Origin: Amphiscolops sp. MND2022
Lineage: Eukaryota
Assembly: GCA_964187785.1 (NCBI GenBank)
Contig: OZ076409.1
Coordinates: 10,170,001 to 10,234,000, forward strand
Direction: 5' to 3'
Length of the DNA: 64,000 nt
The translations under genes and the position numbers were made by a program. The notes beneath the pieces are model-generated. The model had not been told where the DNA came from and did not search any database. It saw nothing but the letters and a program-made list of their open reading frames with translations. Below, piece by piece: positions 61,135 through 64,000 of this stretch. Positions within the stretch are counted from its first letter, which is position 1; each line of letters opens with the position of its first letter.

Positions 61135-63137
61135 TTCGGTTGAGAGAGAGAGAGAAAGTATCTTTGGAAAAGTTGAATTCTTCAAAGTTTAGGTTTCCTC
61201 TCAAACACGTTATGATAACGGAACAGAACTAATTATTACAAAGCAGGTCAAAAACTAACTGATTTACATGTGTGTTTTACATATTTATACCTTCCCACCA
61301 TCATTTGTTCCTCACCTAAAAATTCCTAGGTATCACAAAAATCGGGTTTGTTCAACAAAAAGCGCTAATGATTCATATTATTTCAGTCCCGCGTCATAAA
61401 ATCAGGTATCAAAATTCCTAGTTGCGTCAGCGTTCCGTAAAACTTTGTTGAAATCATTTTTGTTCAGGCGATTCATTTCCTGTTTGAGTTTCAAAATTGC
61501 GGCAAAATAGAAGTCTAGCTGACATTTTCATCAGCGTAGGCACCCCGGCGTGATCAATTAGTCAGCAATCAGGTTGGGAAACTGAAGTTCGAAGCAAAAG
61601 AATGACACTCAAAAATGGCGACGGAATCGAGACGGAATGAGTTAACTTGGAAGCGGAAGGAAAATATGGAAATTTGGTATAAAAGAACAAACGATGCTGA
61701 AACGATAATCCCAAACTCAAACATATGAATTACCTGCTAATGGCATACTACATCATTTATACTGAACACAAATTAAGTCCAAACGGGACTTTAACGGAAT
61801 GCAACAATGATTATACTGCTAATTAGATGAGCGCAACATATTCGTAGTATTAAGTGGAAAGCAACTTCAACATTTTACACAATAATCGTGAAATTTGTCA
61901 GAACATAATCATAGTTTGGGTCAAAACATAATCAAAGTTTGGTCATTAGCCTGATTGTTGTTATCACAAAATACAACTGTTATTACTGACTTGAAAACGA
62001 GGAATTAGCGTTGACCTTACGTCTTGCTTTAGGATTTTTATTAGGATATTTTAGGTGCCATAGTAAACCAAGTAGATTTGTTCCATTAAGGAAGTACTAA
62101 ACAAAGCATAATGTCAACGCGATCTAGTGATTTACCATGATGATATAAATCCAGAACATAAAAATACCATTGCCATTTCTATCATCCTTCCTTACAGTAC
62201 AGTTTTCCTTATATAAGAATCATGACTCTTACATCTTTTAAACGCATCGATATAAAAAACTTCATTTGGTTTTCGTTTGAACCAGTATTTCTCGTTTGCG
62301 ATTTTACAATTCGCTCCGTAGATGCTACGTATTAAGATTACCTATAGTTGGACAGCGGAATACAATTTTACAATCCGCTCCGTGAGTGCTCCGTACGTAT
62401 TAGGATTGCTTATAGCTGAGCAGCAGTAGCAAGCGGAGTGAAAACGAAGAGCGTAGGCGATTCTATTCTCTTTTCATAGCTAGTAAGCGTTGCTAGGGGC
62501 AACCAAGCGTAATTCTACTGGTACGAGCTCAGATAATTCCGCCGGCAAGTGACGCTATTGGTCCGTAAAAATAGAAACGCATGTTACTAAACCTAGTTGA
62601 GTGACGCTGTCATAACGTTGTAAACATTTACTTAAAATCACTTGACTGCGATTTTAAGTGGATATTTAACAACTACTTTAATATTCGAATACATTTCCAC
62701 TCTGTTTTTGTGTGTTCTTTCATTTTAGATCTCATGGACGCCGTTGGGATCTCGGAGTTAAACGTTGTTTTTGTGTTTTCATTTTAGTGTGGAGCGCCAA
62801 AATGATCCCGTTTGCAAAATTATTTAGTGCTTAGATTGGAATGGAAAACTCAGAAGATAAAACCGGAAATAAAACGGTGTTGCGTGTGAAAACATTAGAC
62901 CGGAAATTTTAGCTAGTTTAAAGTCATTTCTGAAAATCTTCAGTAACGCTTACGTTGAATTCTGTATCTGAAAATTATTCGCACTTATTTAACTGTACTG
63001 TAAGTAGAATTTTTGGTTTGGGTTTGACTAGTTTAACAAAGTTTAAAGGTATTTACTCTGTCCTTGTCCATGTCCTCGGCCGAATCCCGGTATTCCAGAG
63101 CAGCAAGTAAAATTACGACCGGGAGCGGGTCGTGACA
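60756..63137 (-). repeat. 3' LTR of element E
   Basis: Minus strand TGTCACGAC...GTCGTAACA; includes the segment deleted from the 5' LTR of B. Confidence 0.93.
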
Positions 63138-63917
63138 GGGCCCCTCTTGAAGCAAGAGACAAGGGTAGACCGTGGCAATGCGGGATTTCTTTTTTCATTA
63201 AAACTGAAGGGCGGCTGATGTATTTTCGTACTTGGTGGGGACCACGTCCTCTTCCCGCTTTCATGTATTCAATTTTCTTCTCCTCTTCTTCTAAGTCGAG
63301 TACCATTTTTTCCAGATATTGCATTTCTTCAGGAGAAATCTCGGGCGGCTTGCTTTTCTCGTTCAGGTCATTCAGGGGACTATCAGGACAACGGTTTTTT
63401 TTCGGTAGGGCAGCTACTCTCGGTGCGTAACTACCACGTCCCACAGCCGCAAAGTAATTGCGGTCTTCTATATCTAGGTTGTATGTAGCTTCCAGCTCCA
63501 TTATTGATGGCTCGTTTTTATTCCCCGGCTTGATTGTCTCCGGCGCTCTCTCATTTCCTAGCTGAGGGATGTTGAATTTCTCTTTTAGCGGCATTGTAGG
63601 TTTCAACGTGGAGGTCTGGCATATTGGTGAGTCTGGCTCCTCATAGTAGCTATCGGAGTCCGATATTGAACCTCTTGCGGGGGGCAGATCAAACGAAACT
63701 TTAGGAGCTTTTTCTTTTTGGGAGTAGGTTCCGTTTTCTTTACGTCGCAGTCTGTTTCAAAAGTTGAATCCAGTTCGGCGTCAGTGGATCGCCAAGCCTC
63801 TAGTGATGAGTCGCTTATATTCAATTTTCCGACCATGTTCACGGGCACTGTTTTAATTGGCGTGCTGGTCATTCCTTCATCCGATGAGATGTTAATGTCT
63901 AAGGAGTAGCCGTTCAT
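63043..63917 (-). pseudogene. Accessory ORF3 of element E, frameshifted, ending inside the LTR
   Basis: INISSDE, PKKKK, NEPSIMELEATYNLDIEDRNY, GRGRG; ORFs 63603-63917 and 63043-63606 are in different frames. Confidence 0.65.
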
Positions 63918-64000
63918 TTTCGTAATCGTGCCTAGAGAATTTCTTAAGATTACTTCTTGTTGATGAAAGATCGCGCGTTGAGAATATTCAGAATTTTAGG

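Larger units (their letters stand above)
60756..64000 (-). mobile_element. Element E: 3' end of a B-family Gypsy element, truncated by the window end
   Basis: LTR 60756-63137 is similar to LTR B; PPT at 63138-63148; ORF3 homologue upstream. Confidence 0.92.

Overview
Eukaryotic (metazoan-looking) DNA made almost entirely of nested LTR retrotransposons, around two intronless PAN/Apple + C-type-lectin paralogues (8471-9421 and about 58991-59911). Left to right: (A) the 3' half of an LTR element (1-7963, LTR 7249-7963), carrying an ORF with two TARG1/OARD1-like macro-domain repeats and a large disrupted ORF with an SGNH-like fold. (B) A complete 17.4-kb Ty3/Gypsy element (10184-27595, TSD AAATG) with a -1 frameshift pseudoknot, inserted into one unit of a 1312-bp tandem duplication. 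(B2/P/C) A three-level nest: solo LTR 33168-57149 (TSD CTTGT) contains a Bel/Pao element 35292-56850 (TSD TTCTC), which contains an internally deleted Gypsy element 44330-56295. (E) The 3' end of another B-family element on the minus strand (60756-64000). The most notable system is shared by the two distinct Gypsy families B and C. Gag starts inside the LTR and reads through the PBS. A homologous multi-exon ANTISENSE gene lies between pol and the 3' LTR, with at least one conserved intron position, a zinc finger and a hAT-transposase-like region apparently lacking catalytic residues. A divergent promoter follows, then a sense accessory ORF that crosses the PPT into U3 (SIM-like motif in all copies; NLS and RG motifs in the B family). 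Domain calls are by-eye motif recognition and need HMM or structure confirmation.
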